A stretch of DNA of 53,484 bases, the filler included, from Basidiobolus ranarum (taxonomy: Eukaryota): assembly GCA_040143965.1 (NCBI GenBank). It is 4 parts of 4 records of this genome, joined end to end, with 100 filler letters (N's around TTAATTAATTAA, not from the genome) between each part and the next. Parts side by side here need not be neighbours in the genome. Positions count along the whole stretch, not along the records: positions 13,440 to 26,755 come from JASJQH010000491.1; positions 26,856 to 40,135 come from JASJQH010000492.1; 2 more parts are not named here. One strand, given 5' to 3'. The position numbers were made by a program, and so were the translations under genes. Shown one piece after another: positions 23,471 through 36,479 of this stretch (positions are counted from its first letter, which is position 1; every line of letters begins with the position of its first letter). The notes beneath the pieces were generated by a model that saw nothing but the letters and a program-made list of their open reading frames with translations, did not search any database and was not told the DNA's origin.

Positions 23471-26400
23471 ATGAATGATACTCTCGACCAAGAAGCTGTT
23501 CTTAGAACCCTTAAGAAAGGTACCTACAAACCATGTCAGTTGGAAATCTCGGCTCTAATCGTTATTTTTAGTGTTCAAATTGGAAGGCTTTCGAGGTGAG
23601 CAGCAATCAGTAGTTCAATGTGCCCTAGAAGGTTAGTAATTCTGAGATCTTACTAAAGTTTAGGGGTTATAACGATGCTGACGAATTTGTCAATAAACTA
23701 GGGAAAGATTGTCTAGTGTTGATGCCGACAGGTATTTCTTTGATTTATTCTAATAAAAAATATCCCCATTAATCAGGATACTAGGTGGCGGAAAGTCTCT
23801 TTGTTATCAACTTCCTGGAGTTCTTGGAAGAGGAATCACGATCGTTGTATCTCCACTAATTGGTATTGAATTTTCACAAGCATATGGTTTCTTTGTATTA
23901 TTTAACTCAAACCTTTGAATATTTGTAGCCCTGATAGTAAATTTTTTTAAAATTGAATTTTTCACTTGCGACACAAGCTCACAAGTTGTTTAAAGCAAAA
24001 TCAAGTTCAAGCATTACAAGATCTGAAAATCAAAGCTGTTGCTTTGAATTCCACCATTACGGCAAAAAATCGTACTAAGGTAAGTATCGAAGTTCGAGCG
24101 TTCAAGCCAATATATGCTGATAATCGTAATACAGATTCTTGCTGATTTGGCACTCAAAGTGCCCGAAACAAAGCTCTTATATGGTAATCAGTTCAGCATA
24201 TTATTTGTAATTCTTTGAGTATATAGTGAGCTTTATTTTGAAGTAACTCCCGAGTTGATGGCTACGCACACCTTTAGACAACAATTAGAAAACTTGTACA
24301 ATAGAAATCTATTAGAACGTTTAGTAGTGGATGAGGTGATTACAAAAACGTTAAATGTGATTTTTTAATCCACCTCGAATCAACGTAAATTAATTCTCTA
24401 CCAGGCTCATTGTGTCTCCACTTGGGGTCATGATTTTAGACCTGACTATGCTAAATTAGGCCACTTCAAAAAGACGTTTACTTCAGTTCCTGTAATGGCA
24501 TTAACAGCTACTGCTACCAAAAGGTATGGGCCTTTGAGTGTATTTTCACAAGCAAGTCACTAAATTTGGTTAATATTAGTGTTCGTAACGATATTATCCG
24601 AATGTTGAATTTACCAAAGCCTCCAGATTTAAGCGTATTTGAAACATCCTTCAATCGTCCTAATCTTCATTATGAGGTTCGCTTCAAAGGTGAAATCAAT
24701 GATAATGACCCATACCTTGATTTTCGGGGATTCTTGAAGAAGTTGCGCTCGACCTCTGCTCAACAATCAGATGCTTATGAACAAGGTGGTAATCATGAGC
24801 TTCAAGGAGTAAATGGAGTCATTTATTGCCTAGAGCGTAAAATGTGTGAATATGTGGCACAGAAGTTAAAAAAAGACGGTGTTAATGCTGAGGCTTATCA
24901 TGCTGGTTTATCGAATTCTGCTCGTGAAAAAATCCTGAAGAGGTGGTGTAAATCTACTACCGAAACTTCAAGTGCCGATCCCCCAATTGAAGTTATCGTG
25001 GCCACTATATCTTTTGGGATGGGTATAGACAAAAAAGATGTGCGATTTGTAGTTCATTGGGATATGCCTAAATCGCTAGAAGGCAAGTCATCGTAATAGA
25101 GAGTGGATCTAGTCATTGTTTTAATATAGTGTATTTAGGGTATTATCAAGAGAGTGGAAGAGCTGGAAGAGATGGTAATCTTTCATGGTGTATTCTCTAC
25201 TATTCACGAGAAGACAAGGAGAAAATGATATATTTGTTAAGCAAAGAGGCATCGAGAAGAGAAAGTGATACTGATTCGTATAGCTTTAATGAGGTAATCA
25301 CTGAATCTCATCTTTTGTTGAATCTTCAAGATCCTGAGTTTAACTTTACTAGTTGATTCGGTATTGCGAATCTACGAAAACCTGTCGACATCTCTTTCTT
25401 TGTAAATATTTTGGCGAAAACCCAAAGGACCCTGTTGCGTTATGCCCTGGAGGTCGTTGTGATATATGCAAAAAGCCTGATAGAGTTACCCAATCCAAAT
25501 CTGCACTTTTATCCACGAAGCGTTTAGGATCAGGAGGATTTCGCTCTGCCTCTGCTCTCGTAGAGAGTATAAGTACTGGTACACTAAAAATGGTTGAAAG
25601 TGACAATGAAAGTGACCAAGGGTACGACACTGAAGATATCTGGGAGAGAAATAAGAAGATTAAAATGAGAGAAGAACTCGAAAAACGATCTTATCTGTTT
25701 GGTTGGTCTTCCACCTATTTCTGGTTTGTATTTTCCCAGTGATGTCTAACTGCATAGTAATGATTTTTAGGTAAAGCCTCTCATAGCAATGACACTCCCA
25801 CAGGTATATTTATCTGAGAGAACACATACCATCCACGATTATTTTTCACTGACAAACATGTTGGGAATTACACAGAAATACCGAGGAGAAGAGCAAAATC
25901 TAAATATGGCTTAGAAAACCCCACGGCCAGCCGTATTTCGCAACTCAGACTATCTGTGCGCGAGCTTTGTTTCGAGAAGGTGTTGGAAGCCGCCAAAAGT
26001 TGCCTTGTTGACTTGGACAGTTTTTGGCAGGGACATACTGGACATAGCCACGAATCTCGGTAGGTATCTCTTTTTCTGTCAACATTCACCGACACTAATA
26101 ATCTCCTATTAATTGTAGTACACTGATCATCAACAAGGTCGCCATTAAACTTGAATCAAAAGCATACCATGTTTCTTCCTCCACTTCAGCATATCGATCG
26201 TATTTAGCCAATCGTATTAGAGAAATGAAGAACTTCAAACCTGATACCGATTTTACGCAAATGAACCCTATTTGGGAGATATTTATCGAAACGCTGGAGG
26301 CCAACAAGGATGATCCAATTGAGGATTTCGATGAAAGTAGTGACGAGACCTCTCATGTAGCGGCTAAAACTCCGAAAACTCCCCAAGTATCTAATAGCAA

Positions 26401-26539
26401 CTCAATTGACCAAGCGACCACCCACAACATACCAATTGCCAAAGTACCACGGACCAATTCAAGGCCGAAAACGATGGGAACACTAGATATGTTTTTCAAA
26501 CCAATTGGAGCCAACTCCAAGTACACTCACAATCCTTAA
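23471..26539 (+). CDS. RECQL5: RecQ-family DNA helicase, RECQL5-like; intron-rich (more than 12 introns)
   Basis: Spliced motifs [83 protein letters not shown]. Zn domain CRH...CDIC, then a KIX/IRI-like segment. Confidence 0.85.
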
Positions 26540-26755
26540 CATATCCCAGCCAACGATTTCTACATACCTTCACCCAACCTTCGCATTGGTCAACTTAACA
26601 GTACAAATCAATAAAAGTCCGCATCTATTGCACACCATGTGTGGTATCCGAGAAGACACATATTCTCGGAGTGCCAAGGCATATTTATATGTATACAGCG
26701 AACAGGAAATGGAAGCCACTAATGCGCTCCAATACCCAAGAGATGGATTTTCAGG

Positions 26756-26855
26756 NNNNNNNNNNNNNNNNNNNNNNNNNNNNNNNNNNNNNNNNNNNNT
26801 TAATTAATTAANNNNNNNNNNNNNNNNNNNNNNNNNNNNNNNNNNNNNNNNNNNN
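26756..26855. other. Artificial contig linker N44-TTAATTAATTAA-N44
   Basis: Same 100-bp spacer. Confidence 0.97.
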
Positions 26856-28103
26856 ATTACCACCGGCAACAATGCATTCCACACATCCCAGATGAACAAA
26901 ATCTTGCAGAGTGGCAGAAAACCTGAGTGGAGTGAAGCAATGATATGGGCCGACAAATGTTTGTCCAATGCAGTGACCACTCTAGAGGATTTGGAAGAGG
27001 AATACAAGGAATTGACCATGAAAAAGCTACAGAGGATGGTGACTAAGGTCTTGACCAATTCTGGAGTGACTGAACTGGTTAGCTATCTAGATACCGGACT
27101 GATCAAGAACATCCAGAGAAATACGATTCTGTACATCAGCAATAGCTTGATTAATGAACTGTCTCTCTTCGAGTCGCTAAGAGGCCCAGTAAGATATTCA
27201 GGAATCATGAGCATCTTTAACTCGGACCAGCAGTTAAGGTTGAACAACAACAACAAAATTCTGCTCAAAAAATCCCTTGACCAATGGATGGTCTCTATAG
27301 CTCAAGAGAAGCACAGATTGAAGAACTACATTGACAACAGCCGCATTCTTATGAGTCGAGATTTGAAGAATGGCCTTTATGGTATATATGAGACCATCAA
27401 ATTGAAGATTGAGAGTACGCAGCGGAAAGGTGTCAAGGTGGCAGCAAAGGACTCCATATCAGAAAAGAATCAGAAGGATATAATATTTTTCAAGGACAAT
27501 GAAAAAGAAGTGATAAAGCAGATCAAGCAAAACATCAACACTGTACTGCACCAAACTGTCAGCTTGAAGATCAAGAGCATCAACGCTGAACTAAGTGAAA
27601 CATTGAGGAAACTTAAGACTGAGCTCCGGGATAAATGTGAAGATTGGAATATCGTGGCCTTTATAGATCAAGTCAAGATACGCGAGGACAGTTTCGATGC
27701 AGAAAGTATGAAGAAGATCACCGCATATGAAGTCTACGTGGCGAGGCCCTTCATCTCGTCCGCATTCGGATCCAAGCTAAGTAGGGAAAGGCTGTGCATT
27801 AATGAGGAGAATTTCAAAAGGAGCATAGACGCAGTTATCAAAGACCTGATGAGCAGGTTTGAGGACAATATTTTCTCGCACCTTTTCCGCCATACTGCGG
27901 AGTTTACAAACTACATCACCAAAGAGTGCAATGGCATCCTGGATGCAATAGGCATTAGCATCCGCAAATTTCAGAACGATAGAGTGAATGCAATCAAATG
28001 TCTTGAGCTGAGAATCAACAGCGATCTCAAGTTGAATGCTTGTAACAACATTTTGGGACAAATTAGGCGTAAGTATCTTGACCCAAAGAATCCTGATTAC
28101 TAG
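26856..28103 (+). CDS. 5'-truncated intronless ORF, helical/coiled-coil; possibly the C-terminal part of a dynamin-like GTPase
   Basis: Frame is open from the contig edge (ITTGNNAFHTSQMNK...) for 415 codons. SGVTELVSYL is followed by long amphipathic helices. Family assignment is tentative. Confidence 0.5.
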   Translation: MTTGNNAFHTSQMNKILQSGRKPEWSEAMIWADKCLSNAVTTLEDLEEEYKELTMKKLQRMVTKVLTNSGVTELVSYLDTGLIKNIQRNTILYISNSLINELSLFESLRGPVRYSGIMSIFNSDQQLRLNNNNKILLKKSLDQWMVSIAQEKHRLKNYIDNSRILMSRDLKNGLYGIYETIKLKIESTQRKGVKVAAKDSISEKNQKDIIFFKDNEKEVIKQIKQNINTVLHQTVSLKIKSINAELSETLRKLKTELRDKCEDWNIVAFIDQVKIREDSFDAESMKKITAYEVYVARPFISSAFGSKLSRERLCINEENFKRSIDAVIKDLMSRFEDNIFSHLFRHTAEFTNYITKECNGILDAIGISIRKFQNDRVNAIKCLELRINSDLKLNACNNILGQIRRKYLDPKNPDY

Positions 28104-29309
28104 TGGCCTACTTATGAGCTAGTCTATTCAACAATCGGTTAGAGCTATCTACTGAATATTTAGGGTTAGGGTTAGTTAAACACACATATACTTACATATA
28201 GCTTTGAATCTCGTAAGCGACATTATGTTGCGAAGCATTGTGCCCTGTGTAGCTTTCACTCAGCACTATTTTCTGTTCTGAAGGCATCACATATACACAC
28301 CCACATTGTTATTTCGACTCGCTTGACGACTAATATTCATTTTATATGCTTCAGCAACGACTGATTCTACTAGCTCTCATACTGGCTTAAGAACGAATCA
28401 CCATATAATAATTAGTGTGTATTGATGTAGCGCTGACTGCCCTGACTTAGCCCTGTTTATGAATCCATGTACATAAAGCTCTGTAAAGCATTTTCATAAA
28501 TATTTGTATATCAACTATAGTTATCTGGCATGCTGAGTGTTTATTATTAAGCATGCGGCCCTATCTACATCAACTCATTCAATTGTTCACTTTTACACAA
28601 CCTTCAACATTTGCAAAAGCTTTTTATATTTGACTTTTATGTGGGGTATGCAGCTTACCACAACTAGAAATACTTATACATCTCTACTATCTCCCAAACT
28701 TCAATAAGCAAAGTATAGTAGTTGCTCAGTATTGTTTCTACAACAGTGTATACTATTAAAGCGCATTATTGATTTCGCATATTAGACTATCTTGGCGTTG
28801 ATTTTTGGTCTTATAAATCTGGTAGTAAGTAGAGCTGTGTATACCGCTAACTTTTAACTATTTGTGTTAGAAAAAGCTAAATATCTACCCGGCTATGGTC
28901 TTTATTGTTTAAAGAAAGCTCATGGGCTCTAGAGTCAGCTATCCTGAGCTTAACGAAATGGACTAATTTGTTGGGATTTCCTGACTACGATCTCATTGTA
29001 GCAGACAACAGCACATGTTTCCACTAAGATTTGATATGCTATTCTTGCCTTGGATTTTCATAGGTCCAAGCTATAAAATTCCAAACCATAATTTTTCCTA
29101 TAATGGGATCATAAATGGCTGCATTTGTGTCAATCGTAGATGCCTGATTTAAAAAGACTGTAAATAAACAGGTCTTGCCCAGGCAGAGTAACCTATCTGT
29201 GAGAACTTAGAGTATCACAAAGGTAGGTAAAAATTCCATATTTAAAAAGCTATGCAAATCTTATCAGGGAAAAAACTCTTGGGCTTAAAATATTGTGCAA
29301 TACATTCTT

Positions 29310-29630
29310 TGTTAAAGTATTTTGGGAGCCTGTTGGAAGTGGTTTGGAGAGCTAGAGAAATTGGTGGTTTTCACTTATTTATTTATTGAGTATTTGGTTG
29401 ACATTTATAGTTTTGTCAAGATGCAAACAAACTAACATGTAGAATGTGTGAAGGAAGGTCCCAGGAACATGTGTGCAAAGTTTGGGGCTTCTTTGAAAAA
29501 TCTATATATCTGAGAACTTCTAAGTAAATTCCGATTGAGAATAATGGGTGATATCTTAGTTCAATATAGGATAACTAAATACTAAGTTATATATGACTAT
29601 ATAGGTGTTTAGGACATGCATATTTCAACA
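29310..29630. mobile_element. Solo LTR (~321 bp), Copia-associated family
   Basis: TGTTAAAG...TTTCAACA termini, collinear with 14653-14980. Confidence 0.82.
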
Positions 29631-30889
29631 TTTTCAAGAATGTTTAATTTGTTGACATGCGAAACTGGTACATTGCTCAACTCAGCTGTAACATGTATTT
29701 TGAATGGAGTAGGCATGTTCAGGAAAATCAAATAAATGAAACAATTTCAATTGTTATCTTTCCGGATTGATGAAGTTTGCTTTTTGCTAAATCAGAATTT
29801 AAAATCTGCTGATATTTATTGTCACCATCGTGTCTTTTATCTCTATATTTATGCACCTAACTATCTCTTATATGATATCTAAGTTTGTTGGCACTTATTA
29901 GTCAAATATGGCTTGGCTGAAAATCCGAATTTATACCAAGCTGACCCCAAAAACTTTACTTTTGCTGATGTTTTGAAGGCAAATATATGATTTTTTATGT
30001 GTATCCACTAAAGAGTATAAATGCATTATACTACCAAAGTTTGTCTGCATTTTGAGATTTACAATCCTAAATTCAAGCTATACTTCCGCAGGACTCAGTT
30101 GAAAGAGCAAAGGAGTTCCATGAGTATTCAGTTGAAAGTTTTTTTGAGTGTGTGGGATGAGTTGAAGGTGAGTAGTACAATTGGATTAGCTATCTGATTC
30201 AAACTTGCTGTTTTGTTGAATTGAAATATGTATTTTTGCTCATGTTAAAAGAAGGAAAATAACAACAGAGAAATATTCCTGTTGGATAACTAATCTTTAT
30301 TCCACATCTTACCTAACTTTAGTAATAATACATATATCAGAATTTATTAGGAATATCTATATAAACTATATGTCTCATTACTCTCACTTGTCTATTATAT
30401 CTTATTACACAAACTCCTGCATAGCTCCAACAATTGATTTACTTCTCTGCTATATCACCATATTCTCTTAAGAATAAACCAACTAAAACAGTATCACAGG
30501 TTGTCTCTAAATAACAAAGTCTATCTTCATTATGATTAGATCCTCCAACAATCTCAAAGGTGTTCAGTAAGTTGGAGTTAAAGTTTGGGGATTTTGGATG
30601 AGTTTGAATATTTCAGTCTTTTCTGAGCATATCCAATATTTGCCAAATGCATCCAAGGTACATGTGACAATTATGACCTATGAAGCATGATATACTATTT
30701 GTATATATCTCAACATGAATATTGTATGGGATGGCTTACCAAGCGCCACCTACCTAGATTAGTAGTACTCCGTAACATAATTCGCCAAATGAGGATTAGG
30801 AGTAAAATAATGAGATATATGCGTTTTATACAAATATTTTATTGTTAAGGCTATATTACTAGGAAATTTCAATAGAACATAAAAAATCA

Positions 30890-31941
30890 TTACAATGTGG
30901 CACTATTCCATCCCTCACGTCTAAGGTAACTTTCAAAGTCGGTAAACCCAAAGAACTCCTGAGATTCTTTCACATCAGCTCCACCAAAATATCCAAAGTC
31001 ATGCCAAAACTTGAACATTTCGGCAATTGGAGCCAGACTATATAGATGGTAATTGGGAAGTTGATCCTCAGGAATCTGGACAGCACGAACAGGTGCTCCG
31101 GACACTTTCTCCATAATGCTCGCAAATTCCTTTATAGTGATTTCTTCACAACCCAAGAAATATGTTTTGCCAATTGTTTGTGTAGGATTCAAGAAACATT
31201 TAGCAACGCATTCACCAGAATCAACAATTGTATCCAAAGGTGCGAGCCTGGTATCATCAGGTACTGGGAATAAAAGCTCCAAGGCACCATCGTCGGCTTT
31301 ACGAGTAGGTAATCCACCAGTTATGGTATTTGACATATAGAATCCATATATCAATACAGTCATGGGTAATCCCAACTGCTTCATGTACTTCTCGATGGCA
31401 TTTTTGTTAGTAAAGTGATGAACCTGACTGTATTTTCCACCTGAGATTGTAAGAGAGTCCAATAGAGAACTATGCACTAAATGCTGAACATTAGCTTTCT
31501 TGGCAGCGTCGGCAATATTGTGTCCTTGTACAATCTCAAGTTCTGGTTTGTGCAATTTGTATGATTCCATTGTATCAGTAGTAACAAAGACACCATAGGC
31601 ACCCTCAAAAGCACTATCCAATTCGGAAGGATTGTTGATATCACATTTGACCATCTCCACTCCTTCTTTGCTGAGTTTTTGCGCAGCAGGAGAATCCGGA
31701 TTTCTAGTCAACCCACGTATGCGGAATTCGCCATTTCTCAAGAGTGCTCTGACAGCAGAACCACCTTTTTTGCAGGAGAACAAAGAAGTTAGCATTAATT
31801 ATGAGTACTGAAAAGCTCCTCGTAAATAGTTAATCTAGAGTAAACAAATAGCACAGCGGTGGAAATTTTCCCGTCTGTTAAAGGGGAATTACCTTGAACT
31901 CCGGTGGCTCCAATGACAGCGATTAACTTTTGTGAGCTCAT
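30890..31941 (-). CDS. NmrA/HSCARG-like NAD(P)-binding protein; 2 exons (31941-31893, 31764-30890)
   Basis: Spliced MSSQKLIAVIGATGVQGGSAVRAL, RGLTRNPDS, AFEGAYGVF, HFTNK. Confidence 0.9.
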
Positions 31942-33384
31942 ACTGGATTTAATTAATTTCAATGAACAAGGACAAGTGAAGAGCGAGGAATTACAGCCAA
32001 ACTGACAGCAAAATAGATTTCTACCGAGTTGCCTCACGTTTCAATTGAGTATTAGCGAGTATATTTATAGCATCTTAGACTAATCATGTGATGAGTTGGC
32101 TAGAATACACGCTTACAAATTGACGTATTCATCATGTCTAGGATACAATTGTTTGATTTGTGCACTTTTAATAAGATTGTCCACAACGCAGTCATATTGG
32201 GTGGATTTTTAGCGAGATTGGCCGAGTTTAGATGTTGTAGTTACTTAGTTTGGGCTAATTTCCCGATAAAAAAGCGATATTTGTAATGGCATGTTAAATA
32301 TACATAGCAAATGTAACTTGTGGTGTGAGGATATCAATTGGCCTGTTAGCATAGCTTCGATTAGCACTGTTGATAACTCTCATCGAGTTCAATAGCACAT
32401 GGCTGAAGCATAGCAATCATCATCCATCATTGTGGAGACTACTGATCTACGATGCTCGAGCGCATGATGGGACATCTACATTGGGCAGGAACATCTACAA
32501 CCATCTTTAGTGCATCAAACACCGCAAGATCGACCAAGCAGCAATGGTAACGTATACAGAGATCAGATGGATGCCTGTGTTGTTGCTATTGGGTCTACTG
32601 TAGCACCCTCCACTCCAGTGGTAGCCAACAAGTCTTTATCACGTGATTGGCAGATCTGTTTGAAAGCAACTAGAAAGAATTGCTGATGGACTCTTCTCTC
32701 CATTCAGCTCGCACAGGTAAGCGCATACCTGATACTCTGCGTTCATTGATATCGCTTGTAACTCTCAACCCCATCTATCTAGAAAAATAAGCCTACCATG
32801 TAGAATGTCTAATTAGACGGGTGTCAGACCAGATATATTATGTTGACCACTGAAGCTCACAAGTTCCAAATCACCTCTACAGCGGGCACAAAGGATCACA
32901 AGGCGTCAATATTGAGTCCAGAGTAACCCTGAATGAGTCTGTAGTCACAGTGGCGACTGAATGTGCTAGACTTCGTGCCTAAACTTGATAGAAACACCGC
33001 CTGCCAGGTACACAAAGACGGGGTGGCAAATAAGCTGAGAGCACAATCCCAACCACAAGAACTTCGATTCTGCTTGTGTTGATGTCATAGTCATACGAAA
33101 AGGCTCAAATTCAGATTTTGATGTATTCAACCTATTACATTGCCAGAAAGTCAGGTATTCTCATTTGTATCTGCAACACGACAGTTAGCGCTTCCTAAAA
33201 ACTCGTTACAGGTGTTGCACCGAAAATCGTGTTCAAAATTGAAGACTACCCGCTGAGTTGAACAGGATTATTCTAATTATAAGAATTCAACTCGATATGG
33301 TCACATGACTTTTGCCCATAAAATTGCTTATTTAGCTTGGGCTCGTGACATACAACAGTCCGTAAATTCAGAAGGCTTCGACTC

Positions 33385-35252
33385 ATGAGCTCATGCGCGA
33401 ATACACCTTTTGTTTCTGGTACACCTTACGGGTTTGTTGGTGGTAATTCGGACAGAATTATTGAACTTGAGTCTCCCAAAGACAAGTGGGAGGGTTCAAA
33501 ACCTACAAATTCGAGTGATTATTCATATTTATTACCCAACTTCTTATCCTCCGGGCATCTTCACTCTACTCCAACAGCATGTCCTACTCCAGCACTTTCC
33601 CCTCCAGTCACCAAGAAACTTCTTCCTTCTGAACCGAGTGTGCTAACTACCCCTATTAAGAAAGGAACCTCGTTCGAAATTTCAGAGTCTATCCAAGACG
33701 AGGTCGAACCCTTCTACTCCGAAGCTCCTGAACTTTCATTAAAGTTCGAGCTACTTTCAGTGGAAAAGGACAAGAAAGAATTCAAAATCCGGTTTAATGT
33801 CAAAGTTAGTTAAATATCAAGCTATTCATCGAATAACAAAGCAGAATACTCAATTTCATAATATCCATTCTTTTTCAACAGACAAATATACCACAATATG
33901 GACGTAACCACTTTTATGGCGTTGAAAGAAGCTACGTTGAATTTGAAAAGTTACAAAAGTATCTAACCAATGCCTATCCGGAATGTATAGTACCTTTACT
34001 TCCACTCAAAGGAGTAGATCTGATTGAAGAGAATTTCACCAAGATTTTGGTGAAGAATGCTTTCCATCGATATTTATCCCGCCTATCTGAACACCCTATA
34101 TTGCGTAAAGATAATGAGTTACAATTCTTCGTAGAGACTGATTTTGCGGTTAGTTTAACCATTGTCCTATATTATTTTGATATTTGTTCAGAAACACCAA
34201 TGGTAACTTTTGGCATATCAACATAGTACATGCCCAGAATCAAAACTGGCACCCTCAAATCAACACGCTTCAGGACAAAGGCCTCCAAGGATTCACTTGA
34301 TCCATTAGACACAGCATATGAAAGCCTTATCAATTTTGAGAAAGCCATAATCCCGTGTAGCAAATCGGTGAACAAGCTACAATCGGCTAAAAAATGTTAG
34401 CAAATCTCTATTGAAATTCTACCAGTAACAACGTCTAACTTGTCATTAGTATTGGTGAATTCGAAGATGGAACTCGGACAAAAACTCTCAAGTTGGTCAG
34501 GAAACGAAAAGGATGTCTTGCTATCTCGGTAAACTTCTCAAAGTATCCACGCAGTGACTATGTGTCCCTAATTTTAGTGCAGATCGCTGGATGAATTTAC
34601 TAGTGCTCTGGAGATGAGTTTAGGCATTACTCAAACTCAGGTCAGTTCCCACAAGTATGCTACATTACAAAAAGATTCTTAAACAACATACTATATAGAG
34701 TGAGTGTGAGACCGGTTATCTTAGTTATTTGTTCGAACAGCATCTCCAGGGAACTTTGTATGTCAAAGTCAGTATGGATCATATGTTATGTTTCCAGTAA
34801 CTAAATAAGTAACCAATGACTAGACTTTACTACAGAATTCTCTGGTTGTAGAGAAAGAGTACGAAAGATCCGCCGAGAATCTAGAGAAGAAACGACAGGC
34901 GTTGATCATCTTGAAGGCCTCGGGAATCAACAAGATCGATCAAGTGCAATCTGGAATAGATAATTATGAGGAGGTAAGCTTAACTTTACTCCCAAGATCA
35001 AAGTAACCAACTCTACAAGCAACCTTTTTTATTAAACATGATTTGTTCTTCATACAGGCCAAGCAATTTGAATCGTACAAGAAAGCACAATTCCACAAAG
35101 TCGATCGGTTACTTCACACCGAGCTAGGAGTCAACGAAAAAGCCAGAGCCTCTGATTTCTACCATCACTTAGGGGAACTAGCGAGACAAACCGTCAAAGC
35201 CGAGAGAGCGAAACTTAATGCATGGAAGGGAGTGCTAGACGGATTGAAATAA
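33385..35252 (+). CDS. VPS17: Vps17-like sorting nexin (PX + BAR), multi-exon
   Basis: IRFNVK|TNIPQYGRNHFYGVERSYVEFEKLQKYLTNAYPECIVPLLP...HPILRKDNELQFFVETDF (PX), then helical BAR exons. First intron is 33805-33881. Confidence 0.72.
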
Positions 35253-36479
35253 AAGATCGAACCACATTATTTATCAGACTACCCCATGCCATTCCGAGGT
35301 AGAAGTCAATGAAGATTTAATCACTTCGATGGCTTGAATATTGTTCGGTGATGATGGAAACAATTCTGATTACATGAACAACCTCCCTTCGTATACACTC
35401 ATAATTCCCGCACACATCGGAGAATCTGGGATCTTCATCATTCCATAGTCACAATATTAGGCAGGTAGTTCTCTTGAGCAATGTATTTTTTATTATGGAA
35501 ATTTTATGAAATCGCTCCAATGCTATTTGCCTCTATAAATATATCACCAAAAAGTTTCGAACAAGGGATATAGTCTTTTCCATGAAATGAGCCCGGCAGA
35601 GTCTCGAACGTAGTGATGTGATGTGCTTGACTCGTCGTCAAACAGCCCTCTTTTCGGAACGGCAAGCACAGAAATGAATGAGCTATCGGATATAGCGATG
35701 TAATGCAACACAAAGAACAAGTAGAAACAAGGAATATACCGTGTGGTAGATTATTGATATGGTGCGATAATTCAATTGAGAAAACCATATGAATCACATG
35801 CCAACACCAGCAAGAAGCAAATAAGCCATATTTCAGTCGATTCCGTAGAGAAAGCGACTCCAGATTGAAATATATCGATGATAAAAAATGGAAGACGTTT
35901 TGGCAGTGCTTTAGCGAATTCTATCAACTTATCATCAAAAATATGCGGCATTTATTGACAAAATCCTTACGTTGCTCCCGTCCGCTGGTAGATCCATATA
36001 TCATGCAGATGAAACTGGTTTTTGCGACATACGAAATGATGCCATCTCCGAAACCTAACCCTAAGGCGTTTATCTACTATTCAACAGAAAGAGCAACCAT
36101 GTCACTGCTCTTGATCATATATAAATTTCGCTGAAACTAGTCGCATATATTTTACTGGAAGGTTTGTTGGTACAGGGAATCACTCTGACGAAACAAACCA
36201 TTACAATACTAATGGATAAAACGAAAGTAAAGGGGATGACAGGGAAGAACCAACAGAGAGTGAGTTTTTTGAGGATTTTCTGAGTGACTGATAAGTATCA
36301 ATCAGATATTGAGAAGTGGTTACTGAATGAAGAATGTGAAAACTGGATAAAGGGTGAAATGAAAGGCGAAGGAAGAAACTTAATGGTGAAAAAGATGGAA
36401 TTATCATGAAAGAAATGTCACAAAACGAAAGAAATTTGCGTCTAAAAGTTACAAAGATTACATCAATCAAAAGTGGAAC

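Noticed and set aside
28160-28175. TTAGGGTTAGGGTTAG telomere-like repeat
   Set aside because: Under three units and internal to a contig.
32440-32650. Possible DIRS/Gypsy remnant (LERMMGHLHWAG, MDACVVAIG)
   Set aside because: The motif resemblance is too short and spread over different frames.
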